57,373 nt of DNA. Source: an uncultured Bacteroides sp. (GTDB lineage Bacteria; Bacillota; Clostridia; Oscillospirales; Ruminococcaceae). This document shows positions 48,017 to 57,373 of the stretch, piece after piece (position 1 is the stretch's first letter; each line of letters begins with the position of its first letter). The position numbers and the translations under genes were made by a program. Where the stretch lies: NCBI GenBank assembly GCA_964368295.1, contig CAYJBO010000005.1, positions 1-57,373 of the forward strand. The letters are read 5' to 3'. A model generated the notes under the pieces. The model made no database searches and had not been told where the DNA came from. It saw only the letters and a list, made by a program, of their open reading frames with translations.

Positions 48017-48979
48017 TTATTTGTTGCGTTTTTGCATTTGATTTACTGCTACCATGCCGGCAATTACTATGCCTTGCATTATAAATTTGCCCGCCTCGCT
48101 TATGCCTATAATGGTCATCATGCTCTGTAATATAAGTATAATTAAAACGCCTGGGAAAGTGCCCTCAAGCGAGCCAATGCCCCCTATAAATGATGTGCCG
48201 CCAATAACAGTTGCCGCAATAGAATCTAAGGTATAGTTATTGCCAACGCCTGTGGAAGCCGTGCCAATATATGCCGACAACATTAAACCGGCAAGGCCTG
48301 CAAGCAAAGAGCACATTACATATGCGCTAATAATAATGCCTTTACTTTTGTAGCCGGACAAACGAGCTGTCCTTTGGTTGCCGCCCGTGATATAAAGCTT
48401 ATAGCCAAAAGTAGTTTTTTTGAGCACAACCGACAGCGCCGCCCAAAGGGATATCCAAATAATGCCCGCAATTGGTAAAACGCCTAGCCACCCCTCGGAA
48501 ATAAACCTAAAAGCATCGGCAATATTTCCTTTGGCTATGCCTTTAGTATATATAAAATAGCCACCCTCTACAATAAGTGTCATTGCCATTGTTACTAAAA
48601 ACGGTTGCATTTTAAAATTTGCAACAATAAACCCGTTTACAAAACCTATAACAGCACAAAGAGATAACGATAGCAAAACAGCCGGCAAAATATTGCCGCT
48701 TTCGCCAACCATTACCGATGCAGTTACAAGGTTAACCATAGACATTGTTGCGCCTACGGACAAATCTAAGCCACCAACAAGCATTACAATTGTTTGCCCC
48801 ATTGCAACAATGCCAAGCGGCGCCGCTTGCCTAACTATATTTAACAAGTGCGACGGCGATATTGTGCCTTGTGTTGCAATAAAAAACGCAATGATAACCG
48901 CAACTAAAAGGGCATATACACCGAACGGAAAATCGGAAAATCTCATTTTATTTCGTAAATTTTTAATGGAGGTTTTCAT
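48017..48979 (-). CDS. Sugar ABC transporter permease (RbsC type)
   Basis: GGLDLSVG, LDSIAATVIGGTS. Confidence 0.92.
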   Translation of the reverse strand: MKTSIKNLRNKMRFSDFPFGVYALLVAVIIAFFIATQGTISPSHLLNIVRQAAPLGIVAMGQTIVMLVGGLDLSVGATMSMVNLVTASVMVGESGNILPAVLLSLSLCAVIGFVNGFIVANFKMQPFLVTMAMTLIVEGGYFIYTKGIAKGNIADAFRFISEGWLGVLPIAGIIWISLWAALSVVLKKTTFGYKLYITGGNQRTARLSGYKSKGIIISAYVMCSLLAGLAGLMLSAYIGTASTGVGNNYTLDSIAATVIGGTSFIGGIGSLEGTFPGVLIILILQSMMTIIGISEAGKFIMQGIVIAGMVAVNQMQKRNK

Positions 48980-49923
48980 GAGCGCTTTCTCCTTTTAATT
49001 TGAAATATCATAATACTTATAACAAGAATAAGCCCTTTTGTTATGTATTGATAATATGGCGAAATGTCGATATTATTTATAACGTTATTTATTAGTGTCA
49101 TAATAATTGCACCGGCAAGTGCGCCAAGTACGCTGCCTGTTCCGCCATTCATCGATATACCGCCGACAACAGCGGCAGCAACGGAATCCATGGCATAGCT
49201 ATCGCCTACAAGGGGGTTGCCCGTTGCAATGCGAGTACTTAAAACAATGCCTGCTACCGCAGCAATTGTGCCGGAGATAATATAAGTTTTTATTATGGTT
49301 TTATTAACAGCTATTCCCGACTGGGTGGCGTAAACTTCTCCGTTGCCAACCGCAAAAATTTTGCGCCCAAAGCGTGTGTAATGGTACATTATAAAAAATA
49401 AAATATACAATACCACAGCCATTATAAATGCCACATTAAATATCCCAAACCTTGTTTTCATTAATGCCGAGAAGTCCGCGTTGACACTGCCCCCGGACTC
49501 GGGCATTAAAATTAGACATACACCTTTTAAAAACGCTTGGGTGGATATTGTTATAATCATTGCAGGTATTTTAAAGTATACCACGCCTATGCCGTTAACC
49601 GCACCTGTCAGCGCGCCGACAAGTAGCGCTAAAACAACGCCTGTTGCAAGCCCTATTGAGCTGTCGGCGCTAAACATAGCAACCATAATTGTGCTAAATG
49701 ATATTACGCTTGAAACCGACATATCTATGCCGCCAATAAAAAGCACGTTGCTTTGCGCTATTGCCACAATTGCCAGCACCGTACACTGTGTAACAATATT
49801 GCGGTAATTGCCTATTTTGCGAAATGACGGGGATAAGATAGAAACAATTATAAGAATTGCAATTAAAATAATGTATGCCGGTATTGCTTGCTTTAATTGT
49901 TTTTTAACACTGCCGTTTAACAT
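48976..49923 (-). CDS. Sugar ABC transporter permease (RbsC type)
   Basis: GGIDMSV, MDSVAAAVVGG.S..GG.G. Confidence 0.92.
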   Translation of the reverse strand: MLNGSVKKQLKQAIPAYIILIAILIIVSILSPSFRKIGNYRNIVTQCTVLAIVAIAQSNVLFIGGIDMSVSSVISFSTIMVAMFSADSSIGLATGVVLALLVGALTGAVNGIGVVYFKIPAMIITISTQAFLKGVCLILMPESGGSVNADFSALMKTRFGIFNVAFIMAVVLYILFFIMYHYTRFGRKIFAVGNGEVYATQSGIAVNKTIIKTYIISGTIAAVAGIVLSTRIATGNPLVGDSYAMDSVAAAVVGGISMNGGTGSVLGALAGAIIMTLINNVINNIDISPYYQYITKGLILVISIMIFQIKRRKRS

Positions 49924-51440
49924 TACGCACCCTCCGTTTCTTGTTGCATATTGCGTGTGCTTAACTGCATAATATTTTCCTCGTTTGCGTCGGCACCATT
50001 AATTCGCCCCGAAATTTGGCCCTCGTACATTACATAAATTTCGTCAGACAAACCTATCAGCTCTAAAATATCGCTTGTAAATACAACAACGCTCACGCCT
50101 TGCTTTGTCAGCTCTCGGACAAGTGCATAAATCTCGAGCTTACTTTGCACGTCTACGCCGCGCGTTGGCTCGTGCAAATACAGTATTCTCGGTTTTGTTT
50201 TTATCCATTTGCTAAACACAATTTTTTGTTGGTTTCCGCCACTTAAATACTTTACCGCTTGACGTGGCGAGGCAACTTTAATTTTTAGTTGCTTTATTCC
50301 CTCTTCAACTTCTCTGTTTGCCATTTTTTTATTTACAAAGCCAAATTTGCTAATTCGCCCCAGTATTAACGACAATATATTGTCATAAACCGAAAGTGGC
50401 AGCACTAAGCCCTCCGCTTTTCTGTCGTCCGGCACAAAGCCTATTTTATTTTTTACCGCATCTTTTGGCGAGCTTATTTTTACGGCTTTGCCATCTATTT
50501 CGTATGTGCCTGAGGTAAACGGCGTAATGCCAAAAAGCGCACGGCTAAGTGCTCGCTGGCCTTGCCCCTCAAGACCGCCCACGCCAATTACACTGCCCTC
50601 GGGTATTTCAATATTTATGTTTTTTACCTCTTTGCCAACACATGCATTTTTTAACCTAACGCGTATTTTCTCGTTTCTTTCTGTGTTTCTTTGCGGGTAT
50701 ATATTTTTAAACTCTCTGCCCACCATGCTGCTAATAAGCTCGTCCTCGTTTGTGTCGCTTATTGGTTTGTCCAGCACAAATTCGCCGTCCTTTAACACAA
50801 AAGCCGTGTCGCAAGTTGTAAAAATATCGTCCATCCTGTGCGAAATCATTATTACCGACACGCCTTTTTTCTTAATTCGATGTATAAAATCGAACAATTT
50901 CTCGCATTCTGCTTGGTTTAAACTCGATGTGGGCTCGTCAAAAATTATCAACCTAGGCGCAGAAGACCACGCTTTTGCTATCTCTGCAATTTGCTTGTCC
51001 GACGGTGACAAATCGCACACCATGGCGTAAACGTCTAAGTCGAAGCCTATATCATTTAAAATTTGCTTTGCCGTGTTATGCAGCGCTTTTTGGTTGACAA
51101 AACCGCCTTTGGTGGGCTCTTTAGTAAGCATAATATTTTCGCCCACTGTCATCTCTTCCATAAGGCTCATCTCTTGGTGTACAAAGGCAATTCCCTTGTC
51201 TTTTGCCTGGTGCGACGATGTAAAGCTAATCACTTGTCCATCAACTTTAATTGTGCCGCTTGTCGGCTTTAGCCCGCCGCTTATTATATTCATTAAAGTG
51301 CTTTTTCCCGCACCGTTTTCCCCAATTAGCGCAATGGCATTGCCCGCCTTGCAATTAATAGTTACATTTTGCAAAACAACGTTGCCGTTAAATTCTTTAC
51401 TCAAAGCCTCGCCTTGTAGTATGTATTCTGATTTACTCAA
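49923..51440 (-). CDS. Sugar ABC transporter double ATPase (RbsA type)
   Basis: GENGAGKST, DEPTSSL, PDDRK.EGL, LSGGNQQK, EPTRGVDV. Confidence 0.95.
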   Translation of the reverse strand: MSKSEYILQGEALSKEFNGNVVLQNVTINCKAGNAIALIGENGAGKSTLMNIISGGLKPTSGTIKVDGQVISFTSSHQAKDKGIAFVHQEMSLMEEMTVGENIMLTKEPTKGGFVNQKALHNTAKQILNDIGFDLDVYAMVCDLSPSDKQIAEIAKAWSSAPRLIIFDEPTSSLNQAECEKLFDFIHRIKKKGVSVIMISHRMDDIFTTCDTAFVLKDGEFVLDKPISDTNEDELISSMVGREFKNIYPQRNTERNEKIRVRLKNACVGKEVKNINIEIPEGSVIGVGGLEGQGQRALSRALFGITPFTSGTYEIDGKAVKISSPKDAVKNKIGFVPDDRKAEGLVLPLSVYDNILSLILGRISKFGFVNKKMANREVEEGIKQLKIKVASPRQAVKYLSGGNQQKIVFSKWIKTKPRILYLHEPTRGVDVQSKLEIYALVRELTKQGVSVVVFTSDILELIGLSDEIYVMYEGQISGRINGADANEENIMQLSTRNMQQETEGA

Positions 51441-51519
51441 AAGCTCCTCCTTTGGGTTTACGTTTAATAAACCTTGTTTTGTAAGAACACTTTTACACCT
51501 ATTTTTATTGTTTTAATAA

Positions 51520-51551
51520 AAGAAAGGATGCAAGTTTATGCATCCTTTCTT
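51520..51551 (-). terminator. Stem-loop after the substrate-binding gene
   Basis: aagaaaggatgca...tgcatcctttctt. Confidence 0.65.
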
Positions 51552-51612
51552 GCAATTTTAAACACTATATATACACAGCTTTACAGCAGATGTGCATTTA
51601 AGTTTTTAATAA

Positions 51613-52667
51613 TTAGCCAAATATTTCTACTAAAACTTCTTCCGGCAACTCTGTTCCGCACCATACGTCATCAGACAATTCAGGGAATACATAATCGGGA
51701 ATTTCTTCTGTAACTATAGTTTGAACATCGTAAATTTGATCCATTTCTACTTCTTCGCCGGCCATCATTGCAACCGCACTCTCAAGTGCCACGCGTGACA
51801 ACCATGTAGGTTTAGCACAAGCAATGCCCTCGCTGCCAAGCTCGTTCCATTTTTTCATAAGGCCATTGTTGTCCTCACCTGTCATAGGTACAAGCTCGCG
51901 GTTAGCCGCTTCAAAAGCTTCAATAGCGCCAAGTGTCATCGCTCCGCCTTGAGACCAAACAGCGTCAATTTCAGGGTATGCTGCCAAAAGGTCGCTCATA
52001 GTAGTTTTCCCTGTTGCATAAACCCAGATAGCGTCTTCTGCCGCTAAAATTTAATGCCCGGGTTTGCGTCAAACACACTTTTTGCACCTTCGTAGCGTTG
52101 CTCGTTTGTTGCAAGGCCGGATATGCCGTTTAGTGCAACTATTTTGCCCTCGCCGCCAAGTTGCTCTACAAGCCACTCTGCGCCTATTGCACCAAACTCT
52201 ACTTCGTCAACCGTTATTACAGTGTCGTAAGCATCGCCGTCTATTGTGGCACATAGTAAAATAACTTTAATGCCGGCATCTCTTGCCTCTTGCAACGTTG
52301 CATTAAGCGCTGTTGCATCATTAGGCGTTGTAATGATAACATCAACTTCTTGTGCTATCAAATCTTCAATGTTTGCTATTTGTTTGCTTATGTCGCCCTC
52401 GCTCTCAACATAAGTAACATCTACTTGGTCTGCAAAATTGTTTTCAGCATTCCATTTAAATTCTTGGTATAGTTGCACCGACCATGAGTTACCAAGGAAG
52501 TAAATGTCGTAGCCTATTTTAATTTTTTCGCCTGTAGCTTCAGCCGTGTCTTCGCCTTGGGCTGTGCCCTCTTGTGCGGTAGATTCTGCGGGCTGTGTAT
52601 CTTGTCCACAAGCAGCAAAAGCAAAAGTTAAAACAAGCACCAATAATAGCATTAAAATCCTTTTCAT
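51613..52667 (-). pseudogene. RbsB-type substrate-binding lipoprotein split by a 1-nt frameshift near 52050 (possibly a sequencing artefact)
   Basis: Lipobox FAAC. Adding one base at minus-strand ggcattaaattttagcg gives ...NPGIKILAAEDA...MSDLLAAYPEIDAVW, joining the two track ORFs. Confidence 0.85.
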
Positions 52668-52713
52668 ATTACACCTCATAAATATTTTATTTTGCAATAT
52701 CGTCATATTTTTC

Positions 52714-52772
52714 GTCTAGACAGCCACTGCAATTTATGCTACAATAATATCACGCAAAAGTTGACTAGTCAA
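52714..52772 (-). promoter_or_regulatory. sigmaA promoter of the ABC/catabolic operon with candidate GntR(HutC) operators
   Basis: Minus-strand TTGACT (52772-52767), 17 bp, TATTAT. Palindromes TTGACTAGTCAA (52761-52772) and GTCTAGAC (52714-52721). Confidence 0.6.
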
Positions 52773-52910
52773 GTTAATTTTTCTAAATTTCACTTTTTAA
52801 AGCGCCGAAAAATTTCACGACTTTTTGTCATTTTTCACAAAGCAAGGCGATTTTGCGCTAAAAAAACGGCATCGAACATCACACAAATTAACGAAACGGA
52901 GGATTTGCAA

Positions 52911-53381
52911 ATGAAAACAGATGTATACAAAAAAATTAAAGAATTAGGTGTGGAATTACCTACAGCACCGGCAAAAGGCGGCGTTTATTCGCCTGTAAAA
53001 AGGTTTGGCAATAATTTGCTTTATTGCAGCGGCTGCGGCCCCAAAATTAGCGACACCGAAACTGTGGTGGGCACGCTTGGGCTTGACCTTTCTGTTGAGC
53101 AAGGGGGAAAAGCGGCGTATAACTGCATGCTAAACTTGCTTGCCAATTTAGAAAAAGAGCTAGGAGATTTAAATAAGATAAAGAGCTTTGTAAAAGTTCT
53201 TGCATTTGTTAGGTCTGCAAGCGACTTTGTTGATCAACCGGCCGTTGTAAATTATGGCAGCCAGTTACTTGTTGATATTTTTGGCGAAGAGGCCGGTTTG
53301 CCTGCGCGCTCTGCAATTGGCACTAACGCACTGCCAGGCGGCATAGCCGTAGAGATTGAGGTAGTTGTTGAAATAGAGTAA
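52911..53381 (+). CDS. RidA/YjgF-family protein
   Basis: LP.AP...G.Y, SG.GP, S.LL..IFG.E.G.PARSAIG...LP..IAVEIE; ATG after GGAGG. Confidence 0.92.
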   Translation: MKTDVYKKIKELGVELPTAPAKGGVYSPVKRFGNNLLYCSGCGPKISDTETVVGTLGLDLSVEQGGKAAYNCMLNLLANLEKELGDLNKIKSFVKVLAFVRSASDFVDQPAVVNYGSQLLVDIFGEEAGLPARSAIGTNALPGGIAVEIEVVVEIE

Positions 53382-53432
53382 GCTGTGCTATACTCTACTA
53401 ATGATTATTTGTATTTGTGGGGGAAAGTATGT

Positions 53433-53972
53433 ATGCCCATTATTCATATTTTTGGAGCCTCAGGTTCCGGGACAACAACTTTAGCAGCGGCGATAAGTGA
53501 AAAATACAGCTATAAAATGTTAGATTCTGATGATTACTTTTGGTTGCCAACAGACCCACCTTTTTCACAAATAAGGCCCAGGGAAGATAGGGTTAATATA
53601 ATGAAAAAAGATATGCGAATCGAAAACAAAATTGTTATAAGTGGCAGTTTGTGTGGGTGGGGCGATGAATTAATATCTTCTTTTGACTTAGTAATTAGGC
53701 TAAATACCCCTACCGATGTAAGGATTGAAAGATTGAGACACCGAGAGTATAAAAAGTTTGGAGACAGAATTAAACCGGACGGGGATATGTATAAAAATCA
53801 TATAGAATTTTTAAATTGGGCAAAAAAATATGATTTTGGCGACATGAATATGCGAAGCAAGGCTTCTCATGACGAATGGCAAAAAAATATTCCGTGTAAG
53901 CACATCACATTGGATGGGACAAAAGAAATTGATTTATTGCTCAATGAGATAAATGAGGCCTACAAATTATGA
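53433..53972 (+). CDS. P-loop nucleotide kinase-like protein (adenylate kinase/AAA family)
   Basis: IHIFGASGSGTTTL, LDSDDYFW, SGSL.GWG, R.ERL..RE. Confidence 0.8.
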   Translation: MPIIHIFGASGSGTTTLAAAISEKYSYKMLDSDDYFWLPTDPPFSQIRPREDRVNIMKKDMRIENKIVISGSLCGWGDELISSFDLVIRLNTPTDVRIERLRHREYKKFGDRIKPDGDMYKNHIEFLNWAKKYDFGDMNMRSKASHDEWQKNIPCKHITLDGTKEIDLLLNEINEAYKL

Positions 53973-53991
53973 GCACAATCAGCAAAAAGCA

Positions 53992-54026
53992 AAACTACCG
54001 CTATCAATTTTTGATAGCGGTAGTTT
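53992..54026. terminator. Bidirectional terminator
   Basis: aaactaccgctatcaa-ttt-ttgatagcggtagttt. Confidence 0.75.
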
Positions 54027-54093
54027 ATTTTTATACTAATAACCGTAAATTTAGCCATGTATTGCAAGCGCTTTTTTTATTAAATTTTGCCTT

Positions 54094-55281
54094 TTAAAGC
54101 CGGCTAAGGGCCGTTTTGGCCCATTTAAGGTGCGCCGGTGGTATTAGGCCGTAATTGTAAAAAACAAATCCATCTACACCAAGTTTATTTACGGTTTGTA
54201 CTTTTTTAACAAATTCTTGCTCGCTTTTATACTCCGGCATAAAAAGACGCATGCCCACAAACAACTTCGTTTTTTGCGAAAAATCGCTCTTGCATTCTGT
54301 AATGTCTTCAAAGGCTTTTGTCTCGTCGCAATCGTAGCTGCAAACCAGCACGCCGTCGCAAATTTGTGATATTTCTTTTAAATCTACGCCAAAAAGCCAA
54401 GAGCCTGAATGTGGCAAAAGGCTTAAAAAATGCACTTTGCTTCGCTTATTTACGCTGTCACATACTTTTTTAACTAACGAGGTAACAGAGCTTGAGCGCC
54501 ACTGCAAGTAAGCGTACAGCGGCCCATCATTTTTAAAAAACTCAATGCCCTCGCTTAAAAACTGTTTGTCTGTATTTGGCGGTGTGTCTTGATTACACAT
54601 GTCGCTTAGCATTTGTTTTACGCTCTGTCGTGCTTTTTCAATGTCCACCCCGTGCTGTGTTGCCTTTTGTATACAGCTATCACAAAAGCAAAGCGAGAGC
54701 AAAAAATCTTGCAAAGCTGTTAGGCCTATACCGTCTTTTTCATGATGGAACTCGTGCGCATGGCCCATATAATTCATGCTTTCAAGCTCTATTGCGTCCG
54801 GTTTTACCTGCTCACATATATCGTTAACAAGCGCACACATGTATTTGCGCGCATCCTCGTTAGACGGGCATTGGTTATAATATACTACATCTCCATACGC
54901 ATTGTGCACACAGGCCGAAGGATGCTCCATGCCTATTCTTGTATTGTGTAGGCAAACAGTCCACGCGTTTATTTTCATATCTCTTTGCGCTGCTTCACGC
55001 TGTAATTCTTGCCAAAAAAATTTATTTTCTTTGACAAACTCTGCCACTTTAGGCTGTATTTTCAAATTTTTATAATTGTCTAAATTTGCTTCATAATACA
55101 AAACACCGTCTTCGGGAAAATAAATTTTTCTCTTAGGGCTTCTTACACACAAAAAGCGCCCTGCGTGGTAGCTTGATATTATGCTTATGCTGTTAAAACT
55201 GTTTTCTTTTAATTCGTCTAGTACTTTTGAGATATTACAATCTACTAAATCCCAAGGATAACACCACATTGAATTATTCAT
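54094..55281 (-). CDS. Uncharacterised putative TIM-barrel protein with Cys/His motifs
   Basis: YPWD, SYHAGR, AWTV.LHN, CPSN, ELES, H...HEK, LCFCDSC, FYNYG; the fold is an inference. Confidence 0.6.
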   Translation of the reverse strand: MNNSMWCYPWDLVDCNISKVLDELKENSFNSISIISSYHAGRFLCVRSPKRKIYFPEDGVLYYEANLDNYKNLKIQPKVAEFVKENKFFWQELQREAAQRDMKINAWTVCLHNTRIGMEHPSACVHNAYGDVVYYNQCPSNEDARKYMCALVNDICEQVKPDAIELESMNYMGHAHEFHHEKDGIGLTALQDFLLSLCFCDSCIQKATQHGVDIEKARQSVKQMLSDMCNQDTPPNTDKQFLSEGIEFFKNDGPLYAYLQWRSSSVTSLVKKVCDSVNKRSKVHFLSLLPHSGSWLFGVDLKEISQICDGVLVCSYDCDETKAFEDITECKSDFSQKTKLFVGMRLFMPEYKSEQEFVKKVQTVNKLGVDGFVFYNYGLIPPAHLKWAKTALSRL

Positions 55282-55450
55282 TTTCCATCCTCCGCATATT
55301 TTTTTATTAATTTAATAATATCATACCGTCGTTTTTATAGTCAACTAAATTTTCGCAGTTTAAAAGTTGTTGACTATTTTTAACGTATGCTATAAAATTT
55401 TATTATGTAATATTTACTTAATTATTTGCAAGCTATAAAGGAATTAAAAT

Positions 55451-56260
55451 ATGAGCACTCAAAAGCAAAATGTACCAAGATATGTCGAAATTAAAAATTA
55501 TATTAAAGACATGGCAAGCAAGCTTAATGCGCACGACAAAATATTAAGCGAGCCCGAGCTATCTAAGCTATTTAACGTTAGTAGGGGCACTGCAAAACAA
55601 GCAGTTGTTGATTTAGTATACGAAGAAATTTTGTACAGAAAACAAGGCAAAGGCACTTTTGTTTCTCCCGCTAAAATGACCCGAACATTTAACGAGTTGC
55701 CGTCGTTTACAAATGATATCCGCCGTATGGGCATAGAGCCTAAAACGCAAATTATAAGTTTAAAAAAAATAGCGCCAACCCAAAAAACGGCTAAACTTTT
55801 TAATTTAACCCAGGACGATTATTTAATTAGGGTTAAAAGGCTTGTTTGCATAGATAACGAGCCTGTTGTAGTTGTTTATAGCCACTTAAACCCGCACATT
55901 TACCCAAATTTATCAAAAGACGAAATTGGCCAAAGCCTTTATGCGTCACTACATAAAAAATACAACCTTGTGCCCACCAAGGCCGAGGACACCTATAGCA
56001 TTATCAGCATCCCCTCACAAATTGCAGAGTATTTATCATGCAATAAAAGTGACAGTGTTTGCTACTCGCAGCGCATAGCATACCTAGACGACAACACGAG
56101 TGCAGAATATGTCGAGAGCTACATTAAAAGCGATAGATTTAAAATAAGTGTTAATGTTGGCATGGACTTTAGCCCAAACAGTAGCAGCGACGAACAAGTT
56201 GCAAATCCCGAAAGCAACTCTGTGTTTGATTTAAACTTTATTGCGATAACACACAATTAG
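55451..56260 (+). CDS. GntR (HutC/UTRA) transcriptional regulator
   Basis: SE.EL...F.VSR.T..QA...L...LYRKQGKGTFV HTH, followed by SFT and SLY UTRA motifs. Confidence 0.92.
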   Translation: MSTQKQNVPRYVEIKNYIKDMASKLNAHDKILSEPELSKLFNVSRGTAKQAVVDLVYEEILYRKQGKGTFVSPAKMTRTFNELPSFTNDIRRMGIEPKTQIISLKKIAPTQKTAKLFNLTQDDYLIRVKRLVCIDNEPVVVVYSHLNPHIYPNLSKDEIGQSLYASLHKKYNLVPTKAEDTYSIISIPSQIAEYLSCNKSDSVCYSQRIAYLDDNTSAEYVESYIKSDRFKISVNVGMDFSPNSSSDEQVANPESNSVFDLNFIAITHN

Positions 56261-56541
56261 CAAAATACTGTTTAAACCCATACTATATACGCCTTATTTT
56301 ATTTCCTTATTATATATACCTTATTATATATGCGTATGCATAAAAAATTTTAAACGCGCGCACGGGCACGCCAATTATAAAATTTATACATAAAAATACG
56401 GTAATGTTACATCCTGAGCTGAAAAAAATGCCATAAAATACACTTTTATCCATATTTTTATTCATGTTGCATAAAAAATTAAATAAAAACCGCCGTTTCT
56501 TCTACGTAATTATTTTAAAAAAACTAAAAAGTAATCGTTCG

Positions 56542-56574
56542 TGTAACCCTGGTGTAACCTTGGCGTGGTATAGT
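56542..56574 (+). promoter_or_regulatory. Direct-repeat box TGTAACC-N4-TGTAACC followed by an extended -10
   Basis: tgtaacc-ctgg-tgtaacc (56542-56559), then TGGTATAGT (56566-56574). Confidence 0.6.
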
Positions 56575-56655
56575 ATTGTCATAATAACAAATCGGCAAGC
56601 GATGATTTAGCTTCATCCCAATCATAAACCGATACTTACTAAGGAGAAACTATAC

Positions 56656-57373
56656 ATGAAAAAGACGACATTACTTAAAAGGCTGCTTTGCTTTGTAATT
56701 ATGTTTGCTATGGTAATAACAAATATAAGCTACGTTTCATTTGCAGAAGGCCTTGGCGACACAACCGGCTACGATGTAAACGGCTACGATGCTGAGGGTT
56801 TTAATGCAGCAGGCTTTGATGCAGAGGGCTACAACAGGCAGGGCTTTGACGCAAGCGGCTACAACAGGCAAGGCTTTGACGCAAGCGGCTTTAACGCTAG
56901 CGGCCTTGATGCAGAGGGTTACAACACTCTAGGCCTTGACGCAGAGGGTTACAATAGGCAGGGCTTTGACACAAACGGCTACAACAGGCAAGGCTTTAAT
57001 GCAAGCGGCTTTAATGCTAGCGGCATTGATGCAGAGGGCTTTAACACAGCCGGCTTTGACGCAAACGGCTACAACAGGCAAGGCTTTAACGCAAACGGCA
57101 TAGACGCAGAGGGTTATAACACCCAAGGCTTTGATGCAAACGGCATAGACAGAGAAGGCTACAACACTCTAGGCTTTGATGCAAACGGCTACGACAGACA
57201 AGGCTTTAACGCAAACGGCATAGACGCAGAGGGTTATAACACCCAAGGCTTTGATGCAAACGGCATAGACAGAGAAGGCTACAACACTCTAGGCTTTGAT
57301 GCAAACGGCTACGACAGACAAGGCTTTAACGCAAACGGCATAGACGCAGAGGGTTATAACACCCAAGGCTTTG
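56656..57373 (+). CDS. Secreted protein with G-[FYIL]-[DN]-x-x pentapeptide repeats (3' end outside window)
   Basis: AAGGAG RBS; MKKTTLLKRLLCFVIMFAMVITNISYVSFA signal peptide, then GYDVN GYDAE GFNAA GFDAE GYNRQ GFDAS... open to the window end. Confidence 0.88.
   Translation, partial: MKKTTLLKRLLCFVIMFAMVITNISYVSFAEGLGDTTGYDVNGYDAEGFNAAGFDAEGYNRQGFDASGYNRQGFDASGFNASGLDAEGYNTLGLDAEGYNRQGFDTNGYNRQGFNASGFNASGIDAEGFNTAGFDANGYNRQGFNANGIDAEGYNTQGFDANGIDREGYNTLGFDANGYDRQGFNANGIDAEGYNTQGFDANGIDREGYNTLGFDANGYDRQGFNANGIDAEGYNTQGF
56767..57373 (+). repeat. 15-bp-period tandem repeat with a higher-order exact 120-bp unit
   Basis: 57121-57240 is identical to 57241-57360; the preceding 60 bp are a near copy. 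Confidence 0.95.

Noticed and set aside
56767..57373. Possible CRISPR array, and the antisense ORF 56929-57126
   Set aside because: Repeats are contiguous, in frame and lack unique spacers; no cas genes in the window; the antisense ORF is a shadow of the coding repeat.
1..57373. Mobile elements, prophage, tRNA or rRNA genes
   Set aside because: No transposase, integrase, phage structural gene or structural RNA signature recognised.

Overview
AT-rich DNA that looks Clostridia-like (inferred from gene content, GGAGG-type RBSs and sigmaA promoters). It has five blocks. (1) 1-2.5 kb: a starch/maltodextrin uptake operon. (2) 2.8-10.6 kb: a VTC polyphosphate-polymerase/DUF4956/phosphodiester glycosidase/Cthe_2159 operon with a two-component system and a DUF1566 lipoprotein. 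(3) 12.4-41.5 kb: a Wzx/Wzy-type exopolysaccharide locus with a complete paeninodin-like lasso peptide system interleaved in it. That system has a cyclase, split B1/B2, two HPr-kinase-like kinases, an ABC exporter, a nucleotidyltransferase placed among the EPS genes, a membrane-anchored thioredoxin and a TCS. Its 52-aa precursor (32797-32955, minus strand) is missing from the ORF track. The predicted 33-aa core starts with Thr, has Asp9, two tail Cys and a C-terminal Ser. (4) 41.7-56.3 kb: a sugar ABC plus catabolic operon of unknown substrate with a nearby GntR regulator. (5) 56.7 kb to the end: a secreted G-[FY]-[DN]-x-x pentapeptide-repeat protein, truncated by the window. The most interesting candidate system is the lasso peptide/EPS hybrid. 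A shared TGTAACC-N4-TGTAACC box links the priming glycosyltransferase gene and two surface-protein genes. All family calls come from motif recognition by eye, not database searches.
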